DNA from: an uncultured Acidimicrobiales bacterium
GTDB lineage: Bacteria > Actinomycetota > Acidimicrobiia > Acidimicrobiales > SHLQ01
DNA: 45,840 nt
Reading direction: 5' to 3'
NCBI GenBank assembly: GCA_937969565.1
Contig: CALBVR010000098.1
Coordinates: 1-45,840, forward strand
Below the pieces are notes generated by a model. It had not been told where the DNA came from and did no database searches. It saw only the letters and a list, made by a program, of their open reading frames with translations. Of this stretch, positions 9,169 to 17,972 are shown one piece after another; position 1 is the first letter of the stretch; every line of letters begins with the position of its first letter. Made by a program: the position numbers and the translations under genes.

Positions 9169-9468
9169 ATGTCGATGACCGTGCCGACCCCAGAATTGCC
9201 GTCCTGGACCTTCCTCACGAACCACGCGCATGTGTTGATCGTGATCAGTCGAGACCCCGATCTGCGTCAGCGTGACATCAGCTATCTGGTGGGCATCACG
9301 CCTGGTGCCGTCCAGCGGATCCTGCACGATCTTGAAGAGGGTGGCTACATCACCAGTGAACGGATCGGGCGTCGGAACCGGTACAGCGTGATTGGCGAGG
9401 GGCCGCTACGTCACCCGCTCGAGAACGGTCACACGGTCGAGGATCTGCTCCGTTCGCTCGAGGACTGA
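9169..9468 (+). CDS. Winged-helix (MarR/AsnC-like) regulator, WTFLTNH family
   Basis: WTFLTNHAHVL...GITPGAVQRILHDLEEGGYI...GRRNRY...PLRHPLE. TATGGT 6 nt before ATG 9169 favours this start over 9106. Confidence 0.85.
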   Translation: MSMTVPTPELPSWTFLTNHAHVLIVISRDPDLRQRDISYLVGITPGAVQRILHDLEEGGYITSERIGRRNRYSVIGEGPLRHPLENGHTVEDLLRSLED

Positions 9469-9480
9469 CCCGACGGGACG

Positions 9481-10494
9481 TCAGCAGAGGCGGCCGCGGA
9501 GCGACGCAAGTTCGTCGCGTGTGCCCATGGCGATGACGATGTCGCCTGCCGCGAGTTGTTGTTCGGCTGGTGGGTTGACGGTGTAGCCGTCGGGCCGGCG
9601 TACGGCCAGGACGAGTGATCGCTCGCCGGGGGAGTGAATCTCGCCGATGGTCCCGACCGAGCTGCCGAGCTCGAACTCCTGGACGGTCACGCCCGCCTCG
9701 TCGTTCGCGATGACCTCGTCGAGGAAGTCGGCCACGTGGGGCTGGAGCGCCAGGGCGGCCATTCGGGAGCCGCCGATCTCGTGTGGATTGGCGACGTGGT
9801 TGGCGCCGGCCTGCCGGAGCTTCGCCTCGTTCTTGTGGTCGTTGATGCGAGCCACGATCATCAGGTCGGGTCGCATGCTGCGGGCGGACAGGCAGACGAA
9901 GAGGTTGTCGGCGTCGTGGTCGAGCGCAAGGATCAGCGCCCGAGCCCGCTCGATCCCCGCATCGACGAGCGTGTCGTCGTCGGTCGCCTCACCGACCACC
10001 AGGAGATCGATGGGCTCTCCGATGGATCCGTCGCGATCGATGAGGACGACGTCGCCCCCGGCGCGCTGCACGGAGCGCGCCACTGAGCGGCCGACCTGCC
10101 CCCAGCCGGCGACGATGGTGTGGTCTGAGATCTTGTCGATGGATCGCACGATACGTCTCCTCCGGAGCTCGGTGTTGAGGCTGCCTTCGATCAGGTTGTC
10201 TGCGGCGAGACCGAGTGTGTACAGCACACTCGCAACGCCCACGATGATGAGGACGAGGGTGAAGGCACGGTAGACCTCGAGATCGTCGACGCGCTCACTG
10301 CCGATTTCCGCGAACCCGACCGTCGTGATGACGACGACGGTCTGGTAGATCGCGTCGAACCAGGACAGACCCAGGATGCGGTAGCCGACCGATCCGACGA
10401 TGACCACGAGGGCGACGGCGCCAAGGCCAGCACGCAAGCGCCGCCACGGTTCGTCCTCGTGGCGAGCGCGTTGCTCCCGGATCAACTGCATCAT
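9481..10494 (-). CDS. 2TM potassium channel with TrkA-N/TrkA-C (RCK) domains, MthK-like
   Basis: Pore helix WFDAIYQTVVVITTVGFAE; Rossmann motif HTIVAGWGQVG; C-terminal TrkA-C (NPPAEQQLAAGD). Confidence 0.9.
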   Translation of the reverse strand: MMQLIREQRARHEDEPWRRLRAGLGAVALVVIVGSVGYRILGLSWFDAIYQTVVVITTVGFAEIGSERVDDLEVYRAFTLVLIIVGVASVLYTLGLAADNLIEGSLNTELRRRRIVRSIDKISDHTIVAGWGQVGRSVARSVQRAGGDVVLIDRDGSIGEPIDLLVVGEATDDDTLVDAGIERARALILALDHDADNLFVCLSARSMRPDLMIVARINDHKNEAKLRQAGANHVANPHEIGGSRMAALALQPHVADFLDEVIANDEAGVTVQEFELGSSVGTIGEIHSPGERSLVLAVRRPDGYTVNPPAEQQLAAGDIVIAMGTRDELASLRGRLC

Positions 10495-10574
10495 CGCGCC
10501 AACCTAGTGCTCACCTTGCGAAGGCAGCAGCCGAATGACTGGACGAACGTTCAGTTCGCGGCGACGATGGGCAC

Positions 10575-11798
10575 ATGCATCCAGACCAGCTGGTCGCCAG
10601 CGACCTGTGGAGCGAGCTGTCGGCCACCCGGGATCTGCCGGTGATCGACCACGATCGGCTGCACGAGTATCGAATGGGCCGGCTCCGCAACGAGCTCGCC
10701 GACCGCGACGCCGACATGGTGCTCGTCCACAATCCGGTCTCGCTCCGGTACGCGATGGACTATCGCACCTACACGCTGTTCCAGAGCCGAACACCGACGA
10801 CGTATGCGTACGTGGCGCTCGATGGGCCGACGATCGCGTATGAGGGCTACGGCGACATGCCGCGGGCGTCCGAGATGCGTCGGGGTCATGCGCTCTCCTA
10901 CTTCGATGGCGGCGAGGGCATGGCGGCCGCATCCGGACGGCTTGCCGATGATGTCGTCCGCTACCTCGACGACATCGGTGCCACGCGCCGACGGGTCGCG
11001 CTCGAGTACATCAATCCATCGGTGGTCCAGGCCCTGGAACAACGTGGCGTGGAGGTCATCGATGGCATGAACGTCACCGAGCGGGCACGGCTCATCAAGT
11101 CCAAGGACGAGGTCGCCTGCATGCGCTGGGCGGTCGCAGTCGCCGAGCATGCGATTGCACACGTGGAGCAGGCCGTCCGGCCGGGTGTCTCCGAACTGCA
11201 GCTGTGGGGCCTGCTCAACTACACGAACCTGGCGAACGACGGCGACTGGCACGACGGCCGAATGCTCGCCTCCGGCCCACGCACCAATCCGTGGTTGCAG
11301 GAGGCGTCGCCGAGACGACTCGAGGCCGGCGACCTGGTCGCCTTCGACACGGACATGGTCGGGCCGTTCGGCTACTTCGCCGACATCAGTCGCACCATGT
11401 TCTGCGGGCCCGGATCGCCATCGGCCCGCCAGCGCGAGCTCTACGACCACGCTCGCCGGGAGGTCGAACACAACCGGGCCCTCGTACGGCCGGGCATCAC
11501 GTTGCTCGAGTTCCAGGAGCAGTCCTACGAACAGCTCGAAGAGTTCCACGAGCTCGCCTACCCATGCATCGTTCACGCCGTCGGAATGTGCGACGAGTAC
11601 CCGCGCATCGACCCTCGACACCGCGGACCGAATCGATACGACGACGTGCTGCAGCCGGGAATGGTGCTGTGCATCGAGAGCTATGTCGGTGCCGTCGGCG
11701 AGCGCGACGGCGTGAAGCTGGAAGAGCAGGTGCTCGTGACGGAGGACGGCTACGAGCAGCTGACGTCCTACCCGCTCGACGAGCGACTGATGGGCTGA
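10575..11798 (+). CDS. M24 metallopeptidase-fold protein, DddP (DMSP lyase)-like
   Basis: LASGPRTNPWLQE, FDTDMVGPFGYFADISRT, HAVGMCDEYP, CIESYVG and VKLEEQVLVTEDGYE match the DddP-type motif pattern. Confidence 0.8.
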   Translation: MHPDQLVASDLWSELSATRDLPVIDHDRLHEYRMGRLRNELADRDADMVLVHNPVSLRYAMDYRTYTLFQSRTPTTYAYVALDGPTIAYEGYGDMPRASEMRRGHALSYFDGGEGMAAASGRLADDVVRYLDDIGATRRRVALEYINPSVVQALEQRGVEVIDGMNVTERARLIKSKDEVACMRWAVAVAEHAIAHVEQAVRPGVSELQLWGLLNYTNLANDGDWHDGRMLASGPRTNPWLQEASPRRLEAGDLVAFDTDMVGPFGYFADISRTMFCGPGSPSARQRELYDHARREVEHNRALVRPGITLLEFQEQSYEQLEEFHELAYPCIVHAVGMCDEYPRIDPRHRGPNRYDDVLQPGMVLCIESYVGAVGERDGVKLEEQVLVTEDGYEQLTSYPLDERLMG

Positions 11799-11801
11799 AA
11801 T

Positions 11802-14108
11802 TCAGGGCGCAGAACGCACGAGGTCGCCGCCGGCGCGCTCGTCGGAAACGGAGCCGTCCGAGGTGGCGAGGTCGACGGTTGCAGTCGGACCATCGGACCA
11901 GACGGTTGAACGTCGGAATTCGGCGATCACCGAGTGGCCGCTCATGAACATCACCCATCCGGCCACGAAGGTCATGAAGGCGCCGACCCCGGCAATCGAG
12001 TCCAAGCCATTGGCCACTCGAACCAGGGAGAGGGTGAACCCGGCCGTGAGCACGATGATGCCGACTCCGAGAGCGCAGAGCAGTGCGGACGTCTTCCACC
12101 GCAGCTGCTCATCGCGGGTGGCGACACCCGATGCCGCGACACCGGTCGCGACCGCGGCGGCACTCAGTGCGATCGCCATCCAGCCGAGCGCCGGCCCGTC
12201 GGGATCGACCCCCGAGTAGACGATGGTGAGCCGGTCAGGGGTGTCCGCAGATCGCTCCACTGACTCGGGTCGGCTGTCGAACAACCAGCCCCATTCGGTT
12301 CGCGTCTCAGCCGTCCCAACGCCGAAGACGGAGCCAATCACGACAAGGAGTGCAAGAACGAGGAGAACGAACTGGCCGGTCGATGCCGTGGCGGCGAGTG
12401 GCCGGCGGGTCGCATACGGAGCGGTGGACATCGCGAGTGCGGCGCCGCCGAACATGACGAATCCACCGCCTGCGGCAAGGGGAGCGCCGATGCCGACGGT
12501 GTGGTCGACGACGAACGCAGATGGCTGGAGGACCAGATAGCCGATGGCTCCACAGATCACTCCGCTGGACGCGATCAGAAGTCCATCCGCACCGAGCCGG
12601 GGGCTCCCTGCCACGACGCCCTCCGCCATGACCAAGAGGATGCAGGTGCCAAACAGTCCGAGACCGATCGTTGAGAGCGGCCCGATTTCAGAACCAACGA
12701 AGTTGAGCGCCCACATCACGCCGATGACGACGACGATGGCCGCCAACAACACCCCCTGCGCACGAGCCAACAACTGGACGATCGCTGGTCGGGGAGGCAG
12801 AAGTGGCCGCAGTGCGCAGAGCAGGCCGCACGCTGCGCAGACCACGACGAACACACCGAAAAAGGAGCCACCGGATGCGGAGACGCCGTTGAAGCTCTGA
12901 CCCTGGAGTTCGCCGTTCGCGTTCTCGTCGGCGAATCGGGCCCAGGAGCTGATTCGGCCGGCATTGGTTCCCCATGTCGAAACCGCACCGACGAGGGCAA
13001 GCACACCGCCGGCGCCGCCAAGCAGCAATCCGGTTCGCTCACGGGGCTTCACGTGTGCCGGCGATTCGACCGACACTGGCTCGTCGCCGGCGTCGGCTGC
13101 TCGTTCGGCGAGCAGGCCGGTCGGGCTCTTGCGAAAGCTCCACGCCTGTCGCAAGTGGGTGAACAGGCTGACGCCGTCCTGATCCTCCGTCTGCGACATT
13201 CGATCGAGCGCAACCGCCAACATGAAGAAGGCCAGCCCGGCGGATGCGGCGAGTCCGAGGTTCAGGTTGTTGATGGCGCGGTAGAGGAGCCGGCCCAGGC
13301 CGCCTGCGCCCATCAGCGCGGCGATGCCAAGCATGGAGAAGGCAAGGAGCAGGGTCTGGTTGAGGCCGGTCATGATCGCAGGCCGTGCGAGCGGAAGCTG
13401 GACTCCCGTGAGCACTTTCCACTCGGTGGCGCCGTAGGCGCGTGATGCCTCGACCACGTCCTCGGGCACCTGCCGGATGCCGAGGTTGGTGAGCCGGACG
13501 ATCGGAGGCAGAGCGAAGACCATCGTGACCATCGTCGCGGACACGTTGCCGAGTCCGAAGAAGAAGATGAAGGGCAGCATGAAGACGAACGGATGGATCA
13601 CCTGCATGGCGTCGAGTGTTGGTCGCACGATGGACCAAACGCCGTCGATGCGACCGGACAGGATGCCCAGCGGGATCCCAACGAGCGCGCACAGGGTGAC
13701 CGCGACGATGATCATGCCGATCGTCCGGGCGGTCTCGCCCCAATACTCGCCGCCAAGGAATCCGCATACGGACAACATCGCGGCGCAGGCCAGACCGACC
13801 CTGGTGTTGCGGACGAAGGAACCGACGAGGAAGAAGCCGACGACCACCCACAACCAGGGAATCGTTTCGATCGAGCTGCGGTCCACTCTCTCGGAGAGGA
13901 TCAGCTCGAACAGGAACTCGAAGGGCCACTCGATCGCGTCGCCGATGAATGACGACACCGGATTGTTGACCATCCAGAAGACGAGCTCCTTGATCCACTC
14001 ACCGAACGGAAAGCGGAATCCTTCGGGCCATTGGTTGTCGAAGAATCCCGGTTCGGTCTGTGCAAGAAGGCTGCCGCTGCGACTGTTCATGATCATCCCC
14101 CGGGACAC
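11802..14108 (-). CDS. ProW/OpuAB-like (glycine betaine/proline) ABC permease with long C-terminal multi-TM extension
   Basis: GIPLGI...RPTLDAMQ...FALPPIVRLTNLGIRQVP...EASRAYGA...VQLPLARPAIMTGLNQT, followed by ~400 aa of extra hydrophobic segments. Exact start uncertain. Confidence 0.85.
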   Translation of the reverse strand: MSRGMIMNSRSGSLLAQTEPGFFDNQWPEGFRFPFGEWIKELVFWMVNNPVSSFIGDAIEWPFEFLFELILSERVDRSSIETIPWLWVVVGFFLVGSFVRNTRVGLACAAMLSVCGFLGGEYWGETARTIGMIIVAVTLCALVGIPLGILSGRIDGVWSIVRPTLDAMQVIHPFVFMLPFIFFFGLGNVSATMVTMVFALPPIVRLTNLGIRQVPEDVVEASRAYGATEWKVLTGVQLPLARPAIMTGLNQTLLLAFSMLGIAALMGAGGLGRLLYRAINNLNLGLAASAGLAFFMLAVALDRMSQTEDQDGVSLFTHLRQAWSFRKSPTGLLAERAADAGDEPVSVESPAHVKPRERTGLLLGGAGGVLALVGAVSTWGTNAGRISSWARFADENANGELQGQSFNGVSASGGSFFGVFVVVCAACGLLCALRPLLPPRPAIVQLLARAQGVLLAAIVVVIGVMWALNFVGSEIGPLSTIGLGLFGTCILLVMAEGVVAGSPRLGADGLLIASSGVICGAIGYLVLQPSAFVVDHTVGIGAPLAAGGGFVMFGGAALAMSTAPYATRRPLAATASTGQFVLLVLALLVVIGSVFGVGTAETRTEWGWLFDSRPESVERSADTPDRLTIVYSGVDPDGPALGWMAIALSAAAVATGVAASGVATRDEQLRWKTSALLCALGVGIIVLTAGFTLSLVRVANGLDSIAGVGAFMTFVAGWVMFMSGHSVIAEFRRSTVWSDGPTATVDLATSDGSVSDERAGGDLVRSAP

Positions 14109-14147
14109 GATCTGGAGATCGTCGTCTATGGGGTGAGAGCGCGTTCA

Positions 14148-14176
14148 GCAGAAATTCAGCGACAAGGAATTTCTGC
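14148..14176. terminator. Perfect 10-bp inverted repeat GCAGAAATTC-N9-GAATTTCTGC (terminator or operator)
   Basis: Lies 9 nt past the stop at 14186 and just upstream of the permease start. Confidence 0.5.
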
Positions 14177-14185
14177 GGCCGATGA

Positions 14186-15160
14186 TCAGGCGGTTCGTCG
14201 CCGGTCCGCCAGAAGCAGGAGAAAGCCGACCTGGAAGAGGATCAGCGCGGCGCCCACGAGTCGAATCGTGAGCACGCCGGATCCGGTGATCGCGAGCTCG
14301 GGAACGACCGGTTGATCCGGTGTCAGCCCGGGGTCACCGGGGTCACCACGATCGAGATCGTCCGGGTTGTTGGGGTCCGGATCGTCGTCGGGGATGGCTC
14401 GGTCCGGGTCGTCGGGGTCAGGGGTGTCGTCGGCGCCGCCGGGGTTGTCGCCGGGACCAGGGTCCTCGTCGTCGGGGATCGCTCGGTCCGGGTCATCGGG
14501 GTCCGGGTCATCGGGATCGGGGGTGTCGTCGGCGCCGCCGGGGTTGTCGCCGGGACCGGGGTCGTCGTCGGGGATCGCTCGATCCGGGATGCCGTCGTCG
14601 GGATTGCCGGGGTCGGGAATGGCCCGGTCTGGGCTGTCGTCAGGATTCGGGGTGTCGCCGTCGGGATCGGCTGGATCGCCTGGCAGTTCACCGACCTGGG
14701 TGAATCCGACGCACACGGGATTCACCGAGTTGATGCCACCCTGACCGAGATGATGAAGCGTGATCGTGGTGCTTGCCGGGACGACCTGCCCCGCCATCAC
14801 CGTGACGTTCGCGTCGAGCTCGTCCGGCAGGTCGTCGGTGGCGCTCGAATGCCAACCGGAGTCCAGGGCGAACCACCAGCGCTCGGCTTCCTGATCGATC
14901 TGGCCGTCCTGCGTGCTGTGCGAGTCGTTGGATCGCATCACGACGTCGTACGTGCCCGCCGGCAGGTTGATCGAGAACGGTCCCGCCTGATGGCTGATGC
15001 CGTCGTTCAGGAGTCGGGTTCCCTCGAAGGAGAAACTGATGGTGCCGCAGTCGGCGTTGGCGCCCGCCGAACCGACGCTCCCGGCGATCGTGGCCGCCAG
15101 CACCGCGGCTCCGAGGAGCGCGCCGGTTCGGCGTTGGTGAACTTGCGATCGTCGTGGCAT
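14186..15160 (-). CDS. Secreted surface protein with Asp/Pro-rich repeat stalk and LAxTG-like sorting signal
   Basis: Signal peptide (RRTGALLGAAVLAATIAGSVGSAGANA), Cys-bracketed ~115-aa domain, PD repeats, then ELAITG, a hydrophobic helix and RRRTA. Start is 15160 or 15223. Confidence 0.75.
   Translation of the reverse strand: MPRRSQVHQRRTGALLGAAVLAATIAGSVGSAGANADCGTISFSFEGTRLLNDGISHQAGPFSINLPAGTYDVVMRSNDSHSTQDGQIDQEAERWWFALDSGWHSSATDDLPDELDANVTVMAGQVVPASTTITLHHLGQGGINSVNPVCVGFTQVGELPGDPADPDGDTPNPDDSPDRAIPDPGNPDDGIPDRAIPDDDPGPGDNPGGADDTPDPDDPDPDDPDRAIPDDEDPGPGDNPGGADDTPDPDDPDRAIPDDDPDPNNPDDLDRGDPGDPGLTPDQPVVPELAITGSGVLTIRLVGAALILFQVGFLLLLADRRRTA
14330..14690. repeat. Intragenic coding repeats (DRAIPD x4; GPGDNPGGADDTP x2)
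   Basis: An identical 38-nt block at 14421-14458 and 14520-14557 (99-bp period). Confidence 0.9.
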
Positions 15161-15321
15161 TCCGCACCCCACTTCCCTCGCTGCCGCAGCGCGGCTCGCG
15201 CCTGTCCCACCGACGGCGCCCATGAAGTTGGTGTTTGCGAACGTCGCCGGTGTTCGAGCGCGAACCTACCCGCGACGGTGGGGAGAGTGTTAATCGATTT
15301 TCGGGGGTGGCGCGGCGGGGT

Positions 15322-16104
15322 TCAGCTGCCCCGCACGCGGTGGAGGTACGCGGCTGCGGCGGCTTGGCCTTCGGGATCGTGGAGGCCAGCGGCGAGCGCG
15401 TCGGCGTCGGACCACGCACCCATCGTGCCGACCATCCCGGCGGTGACCGCGTTCGTGGCGGACTTGGTCGTCTGCACGGCGTAGGCGGGCTTGGCGGCGA
15501 TGGCCGCTGCGATCTCGTCGACGTGCGCAGTGAGGTCGCCGTCGACGACGTCGTTGAGGAACCCGGCCGCCTTGGCCTCGTCGGCGCCGAACGGCCGACA
15601 GGTCATGACGAGTTCCTTCGTGAGCGCAGGGCCGATCTCCCGGACGAGTCGGGGGATGCCGCCCCAGGCGAGGGGGATGCCCAGGTCGATTTCGGGGATC
15701 GAGAAGCGCGTGCCGGGCGCCGCGTACCGGAGGTCGCAGGCGGCGGCGAGTACCAGGCCGCCGCCCACACAGTGGCCATGGACCTGCGCAATTGCGATCG
15801 CGCGCATCGCCTCAAGGGCGTCGGCCATGCGACGTCCGGCGTCGCCGGCATCGTGGGCCGTGTGGTCGCCACGTCCGTCGTCGGTGAACGAGGACAGGTC
15901 GGCGCCGCTGGAAAAGGCGCGGCCTTCGCCCCGGACGACGACCACCCGGACGTCTCGCTGGCTGTCGAACCATCGGGCTGCCGCTTCCAGATCCAGGAGG
16001 GTCTGGGTCGTGAGTGAATTCAACCGGTCCGGTCGATTGAGCACGATGTCGCCCCGAACACCAGTGGCGGAAACAGCGAATCCTTCGAAGGTGGGAACGG
16101 TCAT
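15322..16104 (-). CDS. Enoyl-CoA hydratase/isomerase (crotonase family)
   Basis: LNRPDRLNSL, AFSSGADL, GHCVGGG...ACDLR...FSIPEIDLG motifs. Confidence 0.92.
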   Translation of the reverse strand: MTVPTFEGFAVSATGVRGDIVLNRPDRLNSLTTQTLLDLEAAARWFDSQRDVRVVVVRGEGRAFSSGADLSSFTDDGRGDHTAHDAGDAGRRMADALEAMRAIAIAQVHGHCVGGGLVLAAACDLRYAAPGTRFSIPEIDLGIPLAWGGIPRLVREIGPALTKELVMTCRPFGADEAKAAGFLNDVVDGDLTAHVDEIAAAIAAKPAYAVQTTKSATNAVTAGMVGTMGAWSDADALAAGLHDPEGQAAAAAYLHRVRGS

Positions 16105-16282
16105 CTGGGTATCTCCTGTGCGGGCGGCGGTGACCAGCCTGCCAGACCGCGCGCTCCGTCGTCGGAGTCAAGAACTCGACAAGAAGGACTTGAGTTGCCG
16201 GGCGTGGTGCGCCGTCATCTCCTACGTTCGAGACGTGTGCCGGATGGGCACGTCAGCCGGGGGCGGTGGAAGGAGCGGACCG

Positions 16283-17929
16283 ATGGTCCGGGTCCACGGA
16301 AGAATCATCCCCCTTGTCGCTTCCCTCCTCGGGTTGCTCGGACTCGTGTCGCTCGACGCAATGCGCGGCGCGGATGCGCAACCACTGCACGCGGCCGACC
16401 TGACCGACGAGGTCCTTCGTGATCGGGCGCGCCCGGGGCTTGCCGTGGGAGCCGTCGTGCACGGGTATGACCCGGAATGGCGCATCGATCCCGGACGGAC
16501 CGTCATCGAGGAAGAGATGGCGGCCGTGACCGCAACCGCGTACCTGCCGTGGGGAGGCTGGCCGGACCCGGCCGCTGCTCCCGACACCACCGGCTTCACC
16601 GACGTTGTCGACTGGGCCCGGGAGCGCGACCTGGCCGTGCACGGTCACACGCTCGTGTACCCGCGGGCGAATGCGGAGTCACCGTGGTTCGCCGGTCTCG
16701 AGACCGGACATGAGGCCCGGTTGGAGCAGTGGGTCCGTTCGCTCGCTGGCGCCCGGGCCGGCGAGGTGTGGGTGTGGGATGTGGTGAACGAGGTGATGGC
16801 GGACCCCGGCGACCCATCGGTCGACGGGTGGGGGTTGAAGACCGACTGGCTCGAGTACGAGCACATCGGACCGGACTACGTGGACCGCGCGTTCCATTGG
16901 GCCGCAGACGCCGATCCCAACGCGAAGCTGATCCTCAACGACTACGGCGCCGAAGAACTCAACGAGAAGTCCGATCGGCTGTTGGCCTACGTGATCGAGC
17001 TGCGCGACCGCGGAGTGCCGATCGACGGCGTCGGCTTCCAGATGCACCTCTGGTCGATCGGGGCAGAACCGAACTGGCCAAGCATCCGCGCCAACTTCCA
17101 ACGCTTCGCCGATGCCGGCTTCGAGCTCTACATCACCGAGTTGGACGTGCCGATCGTGCGGACGACGAACGCGGCCGACGGGCCGACGGCGGCACAGCTG
17201 TCCGTCCAGCGAAGCGTGTTCGAGGAGGCGGCCCGGCTCGCGACCGAACAGTCGGCGGTGCAATCGCTGCTGTTGTGGGACCTGACGGACGACCGGTCCT
17301 GGCTGCATCCCACTCGCACCGATCTCGGCGCGGAAACGCCAGTCGGTACGTTCACGTTTCCGACACCGTTCACCGGTGGACGCATCGGCGCTCCCGCAGA
17401 GCCGAAGCCCGCGTGGTGGGGACTTCACGAAGGACTTTCGACCGGTGCCGGGGTGGCCGGCGGCGGTTCATGGGAACTGACGTCGATCCACCGTCCCCGG
17501 AACTCGCTGCTCACTCGGCGCGGGGTCTCGGACGACGGCGCAACCTGGTGGCCGACCGAGGAGGTCGACCGCAGCCGGTCCACCGTTGAATCGAGGAGCT
17601 GGTCGAGCACGAAATGGATGATCGAATCGCAGGCCGACGGCTCCGCGGTCATCGTGAACACCTGGGAACCGGAGACCGGCGTGCTGACCCGTGTGGGTGC
17701 GGGCGTGGCGTTGCGTCCGCCGGACGGTTCGGCCGCGCAGCGGTGGCGAATCGAGCGTGCGGATCGTTCGGTTCGCATCGTGAGCCTGGACGGGCCGGAG
17801 CGAGGCGTGTTGACGAGCGGCAACGGCGGGATCGGCGTTCGTCTCGATGTGGATCGTGGCGTCGTCGCCGACGACCCGGGCAGTTCGGCGGTCTCCCGCC
17901 AGCGCTGGATCCTCAACCCGGCGGAATGA
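16283..17929 (+). CDS. Secreted GH10 (endo-1,4-beta-xylanase family) glycoside hydrolase with C-terminal beta-trefoil/ricin-like domain
   Basis: HGHTLVY, WDVVNE, LILNDY, IDGVGFQMH and ITELDV motifs; signal peptide after ATG 16283 (RBS AGGAG); tail with TKW/QRW/QRW repeats. Confidence 0.88.
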   Translation: MVRVHGRIIPLVASLLGLLGLVSLDAMRGADAQPLHAADLTDEVLRDRARPGLAVGAVVHGYDPEWRIDPGRTVIEEEMAAVTATAYLPWGGWPDPAAAPDTTGFTDVVDWARERDLAVHGHTLVYPRANAESPWFAGLETGHEARLEQWVRSLAGARAGEVWVWDVVNEVMADPGDPSVDGWGLKTDWLEYEHIGPDYVDRAFHWAADADPNAKLILNDYGAEELNEKSDRLLAYVIELRDRGVPIDGVGFQMHLWSIGAEPNWPSIRANFQRFADAGFELYITELDVPIVRTTNAADGPTAAQLSVQRSVFEEAARLATEQSAVQSLLLWDLTDDRSWLHPTRTDLGAETPVGTFTFPTPFTGGRIGAPAEPKPAWWGLHEGLSTGAGVAGGGSWELTSIHRPRNSLLTRRGVSDDGATWWPTEEVDRSRSTVESRSWSSTKWMIESQADGSAVIVNTWEPETGVLTRVGAGVALRPPDGSAAQRWRIERADRSVRIVSLDGPERGVLTSGNGGIGVRLDVDRGVVADDPGSSAVSRQRWILNPAE

Positions 17930-17972
17930 GGCCGAGCGAGGGCCTGTCAGCGCGCGGCCGTAACGTGGCGCC

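Noticed and set aside
10300..10335. K+ channel filter TVGFA as a non-canonical selectivity filter
   Set aside because: TVGF/Y-x-E variants are common among bacterial TrkA-domain channels.
15491..16282. N-terminal extension making the GH10 protein 812 aa
   Set aside because: Antisense to the enoyl-CoA hydratase; the RBS and signal peptide indicate a start at 16283.
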